DNA of 64,000 nt from Klebsormidium nitens (lineage: Eukaryota > Plantae > Klebsormidiophyceae), in NCBI GenBank assembly GCA_000708835.1, contig DF237129.1:94907-158906 (forward strand), given 5' to 3'. The stretch's first letter is position 1. Each line of letters opens with the position of its first letter. Positions 24,968-38,487 of the stretch are shown here, in pieces. The notes below the pieces were generated by a model. That model was given only the letters and a program-made list of their open reading frames with translations, did not search any database and was not told the DNA's origin. The translations under genes were made by a program, and so were the position numbers.

Positions 24968-27900
24968 ATGGCTTCCCTCCTGACCTCTGGCTCCGCGCAG
25001 CTGTTCCGGCGCTTCAGGACTCTGCCGATTTGCCCTGCTTTTGGGAGGCTGCTGAGAGGGTCAGGGGTTGGATTTAGCCGTGGGCCCTTGATAGATGCAA
25101 GCTGCCAAGCTTCAACAGGCATTCTTTCTGACAACATGTCACCAGATGTCAAAAAGATGAAGGTGATTCCAGCGATGAACGCTACCTCCGGCCCTCCATT
25201 GATTGCTTTTAGATGAACACCCTCAAAGATCTCGTTATGGGACCCTTGCATAGATTGCAGTCTCCAGTTGTCAAACTCCACCCGTCAAAGTATTCATATC
25301 TCTGGTGCTGTGCGAGGCGACAGCAGGATGGTGGGAAAATCGAAGTTCTTGGTCGAAATTTGGATAACCAAACCATGTCTTGTAATACAAGCGATTTGTT
25401 TCCTAACTTTTGGCCCCAAAACTCGACTTCTTCATTCTGACAGGAGTTACATGATGAAGAACACCTGGATAAAGCTGGAATTTGCTCCAAACCGCTGGCA
25501 TATGCATATGCATGTCCTCCCGTGGATTGTCACGTGCATCACCGTTCAAAGCATTTTATTCATCCTGTCATCATGCAGGTTCTGTTCTGCTCCCACCACT
25601 TCACGGATGGCTTCCGCTTCACTCAGGACTTTCTAGCTGATGAGTCAGCAATAGAGGTAAGGCGCTCACTACTTGTTGGTGGGGGAAGGCTTCTTCGTGC
25701 TGAGCTCAACTGGCACTCATTTTGCGGTCTCTAAGGGAGGGACTTCGCATCTGAGTTGAGTCAAATTCTGTAAGAAAAGGAACGGATATTCATGTTTTGA
25801 TTGATGAAAAGAAGTGGGGGACAAGGTTGACTTCTTGACCAGGCAAAGGCCTGCTCATTCTTCCTGGCTGCAGCGTTAAGGCAGGAAGACGCAAGAGTAG
25901 CCGTGCCTTTGATACCGCGAACTTGCATTCACACAATGCTTGCTTTCCTTCAGCAGCGTCAATTCGTAGTATCTACCTCTTTCTTCAAGTAAAGGAGTCA
26001 AGCCCGCTCTGGCCCCTTCTTTTCCACACCCCGGATGCCCTCAAAAACTTGTTCAAACAGAATTGCAATTTAGTACGAGGGCTATAAAGGGCCATATAAA
26101 TCAAAGTTGTGGTGGTACCACCTCACCGTACAAGCTCGTACCTTGCCCCAAGCATTCATTGATATCTACAGAGTTGTCTTGATCAAATATTTAATTGAAT
26201 GGGGACTTGTGCTTCCAGGTGGTGCGGTGCGAGAGCGACAAGCTGGACGACAACGTCGATGATGCGAGCGTCCTCGTCCCGCAAATGACTCGAATTGGGC
26301 GCGAGACAATCGCAAAGGCAAAGAAGCTCCGCATGATCCTCCAATTTGGAGTGGGCCTGGAAGGTAAGTTTTGCTTTGCCCGTGGCCAGACTGCACCTTG
26401 ACGACTGTGGACGGTTTGGTGCATTCTTTTTCATCCTGGTCAGCCTTCGAAACAGCTAGTCCAGGTAGGTTTGGACATTTTGGCTTCTGTTTGAGCTGTC
26501 AAAAGTGTCAAACTCTTGCCTGCCAAACGAACAGGAGAAGAGCGAATGTATTCGGCAGGAGCCAGCGAACTGGAGACTTTCGCAATTCCATCAAATCTGC
26601 AGAGTCCCATTGGCTGTAACGTTACACTTAACCTGATTCAGTAGACCAGTTCCAAATCCTAGACCTCCGAAGGCAGATTATTTTCTGGCGTTGCAACAGG
26701 CGTCGACACCGAAGCCGCCACTGAAGCTGGGGTTATTGTTGCGCGGATACCTGGGGCTGCGTCAGGGAATGCGCCCTCGTGTGCAGAGATGGCCATATAC
26801 CTCATCCTGGCACTGCTCCGTAATCAGGTAGACACTTGTCTGGGGGTTGCTGTGAAATTCAAATCTGTTCTACACGACGTCCTGTAAGAGGCGCATGCAT
26901 GCTGTGGGGGACAATGGAAGGACCGTACCAAGTCGACTTGAGGGAATTTTGTCAACTTCTAGAAGAACTTCCCCCGAGCTCGAGGTTCGGCGATTACTCC
27001 CTGGTCTCGGGCCAGGTGCTGTCGTGTTTTTGATAGTCTGAATGTCCGGTACCTTGGACTCTGCAAACTGCCGATAAGTCCCTTCGTCTCTCAGCTTTGC
27101 GTCAAGCAAGAGTCGTTCTTTCTCGGCAGATACGAAACCCACCCTGGTCGTCATCCCGTAAAAGCTGATTTTAAGGCGCAATGGGGGAGATTACTGCCAA
27201 CCTTGCGCGAACGCTCCTCGCGTCTATCTGCAGAAAGGCATGGAAGAAGCTGTGGCCGCCTCGCGCCTCGGCACGCCCACTGGCAGAACGTTGCAAGGGT
27301 TGACGGTAAGGCGTAGGTTTTCTTCCGCCTATCTCTGACCAAAGACATAATCACCGGAGGCCTTTTCAGCCTTCCGTTTGGAAGACGGATCATCTGCTTT
27401 TCGTCACCACGCTCATGACAAAAATGTCCACCTAAGCGAAGTTGGATCTCCGTCCGATTTAGAAAGAAAGTGTTCGCTGTTGTTACTGGTGGGGCCTCCC
27501 TTTGCTGAGACGAATCTGTCACGGGCCCAAACCAGCCAACCCTTACAAAAGCGTGAGTGCGTCCCAAGCTGACTCGTCTCCCAACCATTTTTCGGAGTGT
27601 CCAACTTTGACCTTATCTATTGGATCTTTAAGAGCTCGCTTGAGCCTTTCCCAACCTGGCACTGTTTTAGAGCGGGTTTCTGCTGGACGGAGAAATGGCA
27701 ATTCAATAGCATCTAGTGGCGATTTACGTGACTAACTTCATTTAAATTTACAACGACATGTGAACCAACTTTGCCGCTTTTGCTCCGTCACTGCTTGCTG
27801 GTCACTTCTGTCCATTCCTTGCTCTCAGGTTCTCATCGTGGGCTTTGGGGCGATCGGTAAAGAACTTGCCGTGCGACTGAAGCCGTTCGGTGTGCGTCTC

Positions 27901-30900
27901 CTAGCGCTGCGGGTCAGCGGCGGGCGGCCGCCACGAAGCGACTCACGTAAGGCCGAATCACATTCTTATCTGGCATGCCGGTCGCATTCCTCTGCTCCGT
28001 ATACAGCTGGGCTTTTGGTTCTTTTTCCTGTACAAAGCGGCCGTGCCAAGGGGCGACCGGCAGAGTGAGCCGTCCCTGGGCTAGTCGCCAGCAAAGTCAC
28101 CCAAGATGCTCCCCCCAGAAAGCGAGAGTGATGACGCTTTGACGTGATTTCAGTGTGCTTAAGGAAGTCGAGACGACGACTATGCGAGGAAGTCTACTGT
28201 ATGAGAGAAGTTGCTCTACTTGTTGGTAGCCAAACAGCGGCTGTGCTTTTCAAAAAGAGGGGTTCGCTTTCCGATATCGAAGTCCGGTCTGCCACGATGA
28301 AGAACTTCTTGTATTTGCAACCCCACGGGCATCCATGCACGAACACTAGTTGCCGCAATGCTCTGGTCATGAATATTTGATGATTAGGCTCTACCACCAC
28401 CCTTTCCGCAGGTCTTCAAACTCCTCTGCACGTGTCGACTGTCAAATTCCTTTCCTTTGGCACGCTCTTTCGGGAAGCGCAGTCACTCACCGAAGAAAAG
28501 TGTACCAGAGATGAAGCTGGATTTTCATCGTTTTTCCCGGTTCGTCGTCCCAGTTTCTCCTTGGTGACCACTAGCCATCCTTCTCCCGGGCGACGCAGGG
28601 ACAACGTGCTGTGATGTCAGGATGTTCGGTATGCCCCCGAAAGTTCGGAGTAGAGTGTATCGTCAGGTCCCGTAAAGTTTGCACCTAAGGCATCGCAAAC
28701 TGGTGCTACAACAATTTGACCCTGCATTTAACGGGCCCGAGCCTGACGCTCCTTTGCAGTACGTGCAATGTCAACCGAGCCCCCGTCGTCCCTTCTGAGG
28801 GAGGCGCCAAGCACAGAAAGCACAACGACCGAACGGCCGACATCAGACGGAACTGACGGAACGAACGGAACAGAATCGACGGAAAGTAAGAACGTAAGGG
28901 AATCCACGGGGACGGGACGTCCGGAAGGAACGGAAGGACCGGACGGAAGGGAAAGAACGGAACGGACGGACGCGTTTGAGGGGCTGCTCGACGAGCAAGG
29001 GGCCCTCGACAAGAGGGACGAGCTGCTGGCGCGGGCTGACGTCATCGTGCTGGCGTGCCTGCTGACGAAAGAGACGGTAAGACCGGACGCCACGTGGCAG
29101 ATTCAATGTGATCCGAGACGTCGGAACGCTACGTCGTCCTGCCCTGCATGCCTGCTGATGAAGGTGCTGGTAGACAATCCGACGTTCTGGTTTCTACTTC
29201 GATGTGGCTTCTGCTTCAGTGGAGCGGACGCTGAATCTTGTGCTCGGCTGGCATAAGGCGAGAGTCGTGCTGGAAGCAATTCATTGCCCATCAGAAGACC
29301 GTCGTTCACGTTACTTCAAAAGGCTCCGGCCAGCTTGATCGCCTTGGAGTTACTCGAAATCTTATTGGGGAGCCCTCGAGTCGCGCAATTTATCACCACT
29401 GGAAACTGGGGACGCTTCCACCACTCAGACTCCTCCCAGACCTGTCTGGTTTGCCGCTCTGTCCCTTTTACTAATCTCGTGTTGTCATGTGCAGCGAGGG
29501 TTGGTCAACGAAGACTTTTTGCGGAAGATGAAGCAGGTGAGCTCCCACTGTCGCCCTCTTATTCTGTAAATTGTAGGCGCCGCATGACGCAATTTTCTCG
29601 ACACCGGCCTACTGTAGAGCGCCTTCTTTGGTTAGGACGTAGGTTTCCCTGTTGCTTGCTGCGCCCAGCCCTTCGTGGTCTGTAAATGACTGTTCGCCCT
29701 GCATTGCTTACTCATTGCCGCTCAGAAACTTTTGCCTGTCATTCTTCTCTTCGTGGACCAAAGCCCGCCCAATGAGCAGAGTCAGTCCTGTGCCGAACCT
29801 ATGTAAGCACTCCAGGCAATTTCAAATGGCACGGGAGGCAGAATGGCTTGTCCCTTTCGAACCCGCCGCCTGTTGAGAGACTTCCAGGCAGCTCCTCAAC
29901 CGACATGGTCGCTCTGTTTGTGTGCAAGAAACTTGCATCTGATCGAACCGAGAAACGTCATTCTCTTTTTGCCTGAATATTGCAAAACAATTGTCGGTCG
30001 ACAAAAAGCATAAGCGTGCTTCCTTTCCCAGGACGCCATCCTAGTTAACATCGCCCGGGGACACCTTCTAGACTACGATGCGGTGCGGGCCGCTCTAGAA
30101 AACAATCGGTTGGCCGGATTGGGAATGGACGTGGCGTGGTCAGAGCCGTTCGATCCATCCGATCCCGTCGCACGTCATCGGAACGTCATCCTGACGCCCC
30201 ACGTGGCGGGCGTCTCGGACAAGTCGTACCGCACCATGGCAGAGGTGAGGCTTCAAAATTTGTAATTCTAATTCAGGATGATGTGAGCTCCTATCTTAAC
30301 AGTAAAAACGTAACCAAAATGACCTGTTTCGCATCTATGTACCTACGATTAACCCTCGAAGTAACCTACTACGTCCCAGGCTGCTTGGTTGCTACAGATG
30401 AACCTTTTAATCTTCGGAGGCCCGAAGAGTCTTTGCATCTCTGGGCTTTCAACAGGGCTTTCGTGAACTAGCATACCAAGCCTGGTATTCTGCGTCCGTA
30501 GTTCTTCTGTTTGATTGCTGCTGTTTTCAGATCCTTGTTCAGAGCATCGGTTTGTGCCGAAAATATCCGGTAAATTATCAGCGTTGGCCTCCTGGCCGTC
30601 GTCCTACATCTGCTACTGTGGGGCTGAGTTGTTATGCAGCTTATGCGTCCGGCCATTCTGCCTTTAAATTCATCCAAATAGAGGAATGCAGTGGAGCCTT
30701 GAAGGCAGCAGTCGGACACGTTTTGGCAGGACAGAGTGACGACCTATCAAACTATCTGCCTCAATTGTAAAGAACCCAAGCAAGCAACAAAAGTGACGCG
30801 CTGTGTTGCTCCACATATGGAGCGGTCGGGGCTTCTGGTTTTCCCCGTCGGACGTTGAAACGGCTTCTGAGATTCCGCTGATGTGGCTCGCTCGACGCGT

Positions 30901-30994
30901 TGTGCAGATCATTGCGCATTCCGTCCGAGAACTCCGTGACGGGCAGCCTTTCACAAAGATTGAGGTCATCAATCAGGTTAGCAAAGGCCGGTAG
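24968..30994 (+). CDS. D-isomer-specific 2-hydroxyacid dehydrogenase (plant At1g72190-like type)
   Basis: Exons give VLFCSHHF, ILQFGVGLE|GVDTEAATEAG, GNAPSCAEMAIYL, VLIVGFGAIGKELA (Rossmann GxGxxG), ILVNIARG, GMDVAWSEPFDP, LTPHVAG and a final exon IIAHSVRELRDGQPFTKIEVIN...stop at 30994. The N-terminus looks like a transit peptide. Confidence 0.93.
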
Positions 30995-31429
30995 CTAACA
31001 CTCAAGCTTGCGTTCTTGTCAGACGAGGCCACCGCTATTTCGGCCGATGGCCAAAGTCGTGCCAGCTTTTTAAAGCTGCCGCTGAGCTCACTATGTGTAT
31101 GAATACAATATTATGAGCCCCAAGGACTGGGTTCCTATAATCAATGTACAGGCGCCCCTGCAAACCTAACCTGTAGCAGACAGTACATGAAGGAACGTGA
31201 TCTTACCACGTCCTTATTGGCCGGGCTTGTCGAACCAACCCGTCTGCGTTCATTCCTCTTTAAGTGATGCAATATGATTGCCATTTCTGGGAGGCCGCGC
31301 AGCATGCGGCGGCAGTGCACACGGATGTTACTTCTTCACGGGCTTTGAATGAAAAGAAGCGAGTATACTGTATGTATGGCGGGGCGTATTGAGTGCGGTT
31401 CTAACATCGTATCACTGTCGTGCATGCGC

Positions 31430-32280
31430 ATCCCTGAGATGCTTGAATCAACCAACATTCAATAAACTTTGGCTAGCTTATTGAGCTATGGCACATGCTA
31501 TACGTTATAAACTCCAAGTTACGTGACTCGTCGCAGATGAACATCCGTTAGCTTGGCATTTGCATTTGTTGTGCGGCATGCAATTCAAACTTTACGTCAA
31601 CCTAGTACAAACATATGTCGGCCGGCCGCGGAAATTGCCGCCCAGAACATTACGAAGTTGTCTCACTCGCATGGCGGTCATGGTTATAGGCGCAGTCAAG
31701 CTCTGCCGCTATTGGGCGCACGCCAGCCTCGCCAGCGGCCCCCGGCATGCGCTATAGAGCTGCACCGTCATGTTGCACATGAAGGAGAATCTGGCCGTCA
31801 CTGAGTGAACCTGGCTGCGAACATGATGTTGTGCACAAGGGCATATATGACGCCTGACGATACCGGCCCGGCCGGGGTCGGCCCGGCCGCCCGCCTCTAG
31901 GAATTGCGTCGGCGCACTACTATAAGGGCCCTTGCATGCGGCCGCATATGTCAAATGTTTGCGAGCTAGATATATTAGTCTAATATATGTTGATATCCAT
32001 CTTAACTGATTGGTTCAGGACACATGCCAGACTAAGGTGGTACATACATGGATCGTATGATGTTGTTGAACTGCGATCAAGAACATACTGCAACGGGCCG
32101 TGCCAGGTAACCCAACGATATTTCTAGCTTTTCGGAGTCCACTCGCGATTGATGGTGAAGTTCTGCACACAGTCAGTGAATCCCGGCTAACGGCATTGGT
32201 GCTGTCGGACCGCTTGGCTACCAATATTGAGCTTGGCATGGTATTATAAAAGCTTAACGGTTTGTGCTTGTAATTAGTAC
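31430..32280. mobile_element. Second decayed hAT-like relic
   Basis: The region contains GGCCGGCCGCGG, CCGGCCCGGCCGGGGTCGGCCCGGCCG and TGCAACGGGCCGTGCCA motifs, with the same deamination-type word bias as 16890-17620. It has no convincing ORF. Confidence 0.35.
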
Positions 32281-32909
32281 GTATTTGTGAGGATGACTCC
32301 CTGATTACAAGCTACAAGGCAATCAAACGTCAGCTTGGAATGTTTAGTCACTGAAGCTGGTCCAAGCTTTTGCTTTGCATGGTTGTAGTCCTTGAAAAGT
32401 TGGTGGGCTGCCGCTCACGTCCACTGTCATTCTGTGTTTCAAGATCGACTTTGCGCTTGGAAAATTATAAGCTACAGGTGTGCCGTATTCAATGCCGATG
32501 CAGCTTGACATCGATGACAACAATCGACTGTTGGAACTTATTTAGGAGACTAAGTAGAACGTACTACAGTGTGACTTAAAGCCATCAAGCTCTGCTTTCG
32601 AGTGTGGAACGCGAGCACGGCTGGTGTGTTCCCCTGTGTTGGTTGGTAAACCCTTGATGGGTTGTACGCTCACGTTACCTCAACTGTACAGGGAAACTTT
32701 CATCAACGTTCGGATCATCCCGCTTCATGGGCATGCACTCATTACGCCCGAAGCAGGCAATGCCACCAATAGCAATGGGCGAATCGTCAACCTCCTCGTG
32801 TCTTCCTTCGGAGGTCTGTTTTACTATTTGACGAGCAGCTAGAACTGTCTTGGGTTCATCCGCGAACATGCGCTCTCTGCGTGCTATCTGTTGCAACATC
32901 GGGCGCGCC

Positions 32910-35900
32910 CTATCTATCCGTCCAGTGCCGGAACTTGCATATGCCCCTTCTCTTTGATGTGCTGCTGGTCGACTCCTTTATGAAGAGAATCAGCTGTCTG
33001 GCAAGTTCGTCGCTTGCGAGGGTCTCGTTGGCTTCCTGCACAGGCAAACGGAAGTTCAACAACGGCACCAAATGACGACATTGCGAACGAACTGCAAGGC
33101 CTGGATTTGAGCAATAAGCGACCCGCCTGAACCAGCACAATCTGTTCCTCCCGCAAAGCCCTCGGTCTTTCACAAACATGAACAGACACAAACAGAGGGA
33201 TGCAGAGCTATTGCAAGCTTGCAGAAGCGACCGAGAAGCCGTGATAAAGATTCAAAGCGTTTTCAGCCTCTTTGGTATTATAACATACTTTATTTAGATT
33301 ATTAGAATCTTTTTGTAATCTTTTGAATTCCAAAATTGTCATGAAGTGTTTACATTGTCACTTTTTGCATTCAGGACAACGGAACTCTGAGTTTTCAGTT
33401 GCATCATCAATAATTCGTTCCCGGAGATCAACAATTGCCAACAACGGAGGAGCCTGACCGCGACGCTCATCCTGAGAGCGATTGCAAGGGGACAATCGAG
33501 GGAGCCGCAGATGATCGGAAAGCAGATGCAATGCTTACCACGATAGCCAGTCGGTCTTCAAGGCCGGGGGGGTCATTGCTTAAAAACAGCTTCTCGTACG
33601 TCTTCCGCAAAGCGTCCACCTGCATAACGAAGAGTGCCCTTCATTATCGATCTATTTCTTCGCGTTGCAAAGAGCGAAGAGTTTTACGAAGAATTCTATT
33701 CAACAAGGAGCTGCAGTTCTCCAGCCACTGTATCTGGAGGGCTAACAAACTAGAGCGGCCTCCAACGGCGTGGCCACTCGATGGCAGCGCCGATTTGCAC
33801 GATCGAACCCTCAACGAACAAAACAATCTCAACATCCGCGATTTAGGAACGGGAGTCGCACCCAATCTCCCAAAAAACAGCAACCTCATACCACACGACT
33901 CTGAGACGCAAATTGAGTCGAAAGCGCCCGAGACTGTTGTTGGGCAAGCGTACCCACCTTGCTTGTCTTGAATCCAGCCCGCCTGAGGCCTTCGAAGTTG
34001 AGGCCCCGCATCTCGGCGCGATCGCCATGCACAATGGTAAAGGTCGGCACGTCGCGGTCAACCTGTTCAGAAATAGGATTCGCCTTTCAGTACACCTGTG
34101 CTGGCACCGTAAGCTGTGGTTTCTCGTGAGTTAGGAAACAAGAATGAGGAATAGCGCCTTTCTATCCCACGGTGATGTTACTGTCAGGAAAGGGCACATC
34201 TCATGCAACTCACAAAAGCAAGTTGTTAACAACAGACCCGACAGAAGAGCAGAAAAGTCGAGCCCATTAAGCCGACTCGCTTCGAGCCGCGGCACTCCTA
34301 AACGTGGGGTCCGACGTCAGCCTGACGAAAGCCTGAACGACTCACCATAGCCCCCCCGGCAAGGAATGCGTAGGACCCCAAGTGGCAGAACTGGTGCACG
34401 GCGGTAGCTCCGCCCGTATGGACGTGGTCCTGCGGGGAGATGAGAGGTCGTTCTGAGCCGTACACGTGGCAGATTGAACGCTCCAGACGCAAGTTTGTGC
34501 GCACATCGGAAAAAAGGCTTGAAGCTCGTGGCTTCGGTTTACGAATTACATTAGGCTGGTTAGCTAAGGGGTTTGAGGATGACGGGTTCTGACGGTGAAG
34601 GGACATGTTTGATGATCCGGGTTAGAGGCAGCAGTTGCCATAGAGCTGAGTTTTCAAGAGCGACAAGGCAGAGAAAGCTGAAGGTGTCGACCTTGTAAGA
34701 GGACGCAAGAAGCGCTGAAATTGGCGGATCGACCACAAATGAGCCCGTTGATGAAGCTGAACGAGGAAGTGGAGCAAACAAATATACTTGGTTCTTTTCA
34801 GGCAATCAAAAGCAGCGGCTTTCAGTGAGTCAGTTCGCCTTTGTCCCAGTCTCAAAGCAAGCGCATGCTGTCAATCTCGGCCAGTCAGTTTTTCTTTTGT
34901 AACGGGGTGCACAAAAATGAGTCCACTGAAGCCCCATGCAAGCGTCAGCGCTCTGGAAGCATCACGCTGTCGGTCTCGGATTGCAGCAACATGGAAGGGG
35001 CGCGGATAGCGTTAGAAACACAAAATGAGACGAATTTGTTTTTGTTTTGCTCACCTGGATAACGATATGGCCAGCCAGCAGCGTGCCGTTGGCTATGATG
35101 TTGTGGTTGCCGATGATGCAGTCGTGTGCCACGTGGCACGAGCCCATGATCAGGTTGTTGTCGCCCAAAATCTGCACAAAGGAGACGTATACGTCTCGAA
35201 CTTCGGGATGATGAGTGGTAGATATACGAACCTGCGAAAATCTTTCTTCCACTCGACCCAAAGTTCTACCTGCCGCAAACTTCAGAGCACCCTATCCCGC
35301 TGACCCATCCCACCTCTGTCCTGCGTGCTTGTCCCGTCAGAGTTCCTGATGTAGACCGCTAAAACTAAGACCGCGGCGACCATTCTAGTGCAGACATTTT
35401 TTAGCGACGACATCAGGTCATTGCGGACAAACTTCGCAAGACGAAAGGCAGTCCAAGGTTACAAGTTGCCGGAGCTCAAAGGTTTGCCAAAGAGCGCACG
35501 CGACAAGGAAACTGGGCGATTTTGAAAATGTGCGTATGTATAGTATGACCAGACATTGCCACCCAAAAATGAGGTCCAGAGGGTGGACATTTTTTTTGGA
35601 GATGGCTTTATCTTAAGGGCAGATCGGAATAGCGACGTGATGCAAGACACACTCTGGAACGACGAGGCTAGATCCATGCAGTGTCCAGATGATTCACTAG
35701 TGACATTAAGGTCGTCAAACACGTCGAACGCATTCGAAACTGCAATCAGCGGTTGAAGCACAGTAAGGTTGCAGATTTGGGGATGGATAGAGGACAACAG
35801 AAAGGATTGTCGGATGCACTCACGGTTTTGAGATCCGGTCTTGACGATCTGTGAATGCTTGAATGCTCTCGGACGTCATTCTTGTTTCCCACTACGAGGT

Positions 35901-38487
35901 AGCAGTCATCGCCCTGCAATGATCAAAAGGTCCTGTTTCAAAGTTGCGTATGCTCATCGTTATCAGTTTTTGGAAGAAAGCACAATTCTACTCACTCATT
36001 GTATACCCTTTCGCACTTTTTGCCAGGGGACAGAGAGGAATCCGATCACTATTCCTCGACTTTTGCAGGGGGAACAAAGACGCATTCCAGACCTGCATTT
36101 TCAACCGAAGGAGCCAACCCCGAGTATGCTTTACGAAATCGTCAGAGACGCAAATATAGCAAATTGTATGCAAAATCGGTGGCCGTACTTCATGTGAGCC
36201 GGATGCTTTGCTTGCACCTGATTCATCATGCGACCTGAGAGTTCTTGATCCCTCTGAAGAGTGATCTTTTCACCTTGTACTTCAGGTCTTGACACAGGAC
36301 GCCGACGACGGAGTGGTAGCCAAAGCTGTTGTCATCCCCAATGATGGTCGTCCCTGGAAGATCTGCCCCCACAATGGCACCGCTGATAGATGAAAAGACG
36401 AATGAATAGTGAGAGGTCGATTTACTAGGTACTCAAATGCATGACGGCATATTTGCTAATCCCCAAAGCAAGACTAAGGAAGGTTACTTTCCATCTAAGT
36501 CCTGCGGCAGAATGCAGATCTTTGCAGCTTTTAGTCAGGCTGTTTGCCATTAATTCAGACAAACGTCTAGTTCAGGGATAATCTGTGTACTTGCATAAAG
36601 ACTCTGGAATCGGTTTTATGTCCATGGTTGATGTCACCAAAGCAGAGCAAATTGCAACGGCAGAAAGCAATTACTTTTGAGGGGCCCCGGCCACATGAAA
36701 AGGGTCAGAGCGGCTTGTCGCATAAACAAGTCGGTAGAATATTATCCCACCTGTGCAAAGTGTTCCGCTTTCCCAGGACTGTATTTCCGGCAACTTGACT
36801 TCCGGGATGCATGACGCAACCTTCCCCTAGGACTGCGCCAGGCCCCACCGTGCAGAGTGGGCCAATCCTGACGCCCTGCGAGTGTTTGGTGATGTCAGCA
36901 CATCATCAAAAGCTTGCTGATGTCAGCAAGCCAGTAGATCTTGGCACTACATGGCAATCTGCAGACTGATACTTACAGCCGCTTACAGAACTTTCCAGAA
37001 TGATACTTCCAACCTGTTTCAGAACAACCTCAGATGTCGGGCAGGAGAAAGAAAGCAACTCTTTCTTTCTTTGGGAGACGATTCGTATACGTCATGAGCA
37101 GGCAGGCAAACTTAGAGCTTTCAAGTTTCTGCTCTGCCTCACCTCCGCAAGTACCGCATCATCATGGACCACGGCTGTGGGGTGTATTGACACCCCCGAT
37201 CGCAACAGATTGACGACCTGACTGCCTGCTCCGTTGTGTGTCACCTCTCTGCTTCTTTGAAGCCATGGCCAGTCGCCCAGGTCTTCGCTCTCCTCTTCTT
37301 TTGGACTCGACCCTGAACAAAACCCCCAGAACAGCTCAAAAATCTAATCTTTTCCATAAACATCCTGGTTCCATCCTTTTCTGAGCAATCATGATTTTGA
37401 GCTTTCTTCACAAGACCGCTGCTAGAGTTCTGCATTCGAGCTGTGCACAATGACACCACAAATTGGTGAAGCTGTGTGATCAGCCAGTGGCTGCCAACCA
37501 AAGTCAAATTGACGGCAGAGTAACCGCAAATCAGGCCAGCATTGAATGGATCTGTGGTGTACCTGCGGCTGATGCTTGAATGGAGCCTCCCCACCTGACT
37601 CCCCGCCCGGACCCCTGAAAGAGGGGCAGAGAAAATGTTGTCGGAATGATGTGCTTCTGTATTCACCAGCTCCAAAAGGGCCATATTGCCCCTCCTTCCA
37701 CTGAGCCATCGATGCGACCAGCCTATTCTGGCTTGGTTTCAAATTGAGAGTGGCAGCGCCAGCATTCTGATCCACCTTTCCATCGCACTTGCGGGACAAA
37801 CAAAGGGCTTTTGTCTCGCATCTCGTTGGGCTGAAATAAGGCGTGATGCTTCACAGTAAGTGATTAGACGTGACACTTCTCTGATGCATTTTGTAACTCA
37901 AGCAGAGTTTTGTCCCTTTTGGTAATCAGTCCTGAAGCTTTCCCTCCTCCTCTTTCACATAATTTCAGACTGACACCAGCATTGTGTTTGGAGCTTATTG
38001 TGGACAATTAAATTGTCTGCAGATCATTTCTAGAGCGCAATTGAAAATATTGTCAAGAACTTACCCAAGCTTTTTGTTTTGCAATCCGCAGCCTCGCTGC
38101 TGTGCATGCCCTCAGCTGTTCAAAGCCAGATTCCTGACTCAGAAACTGTCTCCCTGCCCCAACCGAAGGAGCCAACATGTGGGACTGCGGCAAGGGACCA
38201 CCCCTTTGAAGATACCCTGAACAGACGCACTCAATACCTCCATTCTGCTGGACCTGGCTAGAGCGCCTGCGGTTGAGGCTTGACATCATCCTCGATAGGG
38301 GCTTCCGCAATGAGGGGTGCAGACTTCGGGGGCCTGGGTGAACAGCATTGGTGCTGAGGTTGCTTTCAATGGCAGGCAATCTGGTGTGGCCCGTGATCTG
38401 GTTTCGCTCTGGTCCAGATAGATTGATGGTGCTGGAAAGCATGGCCGCGGTTTGGGACTGACCGATCTTTGCAAGAGATGACGCCAT
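32910..38487 (-). CDS. lpxA: UDP-N-acetylglucosamine O-acyltransferase, plant mitochondrial type
   Basis: Phase-consistent exons give [16 protein letters not shown]|[15 protein letters not shown]|[68 protein letters not shown] and a C-terminal [10 protein letters not shown] typical of plant LpxA. The first exon MASSLAKIG... is my best candidate start. Confidence 0.94.
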
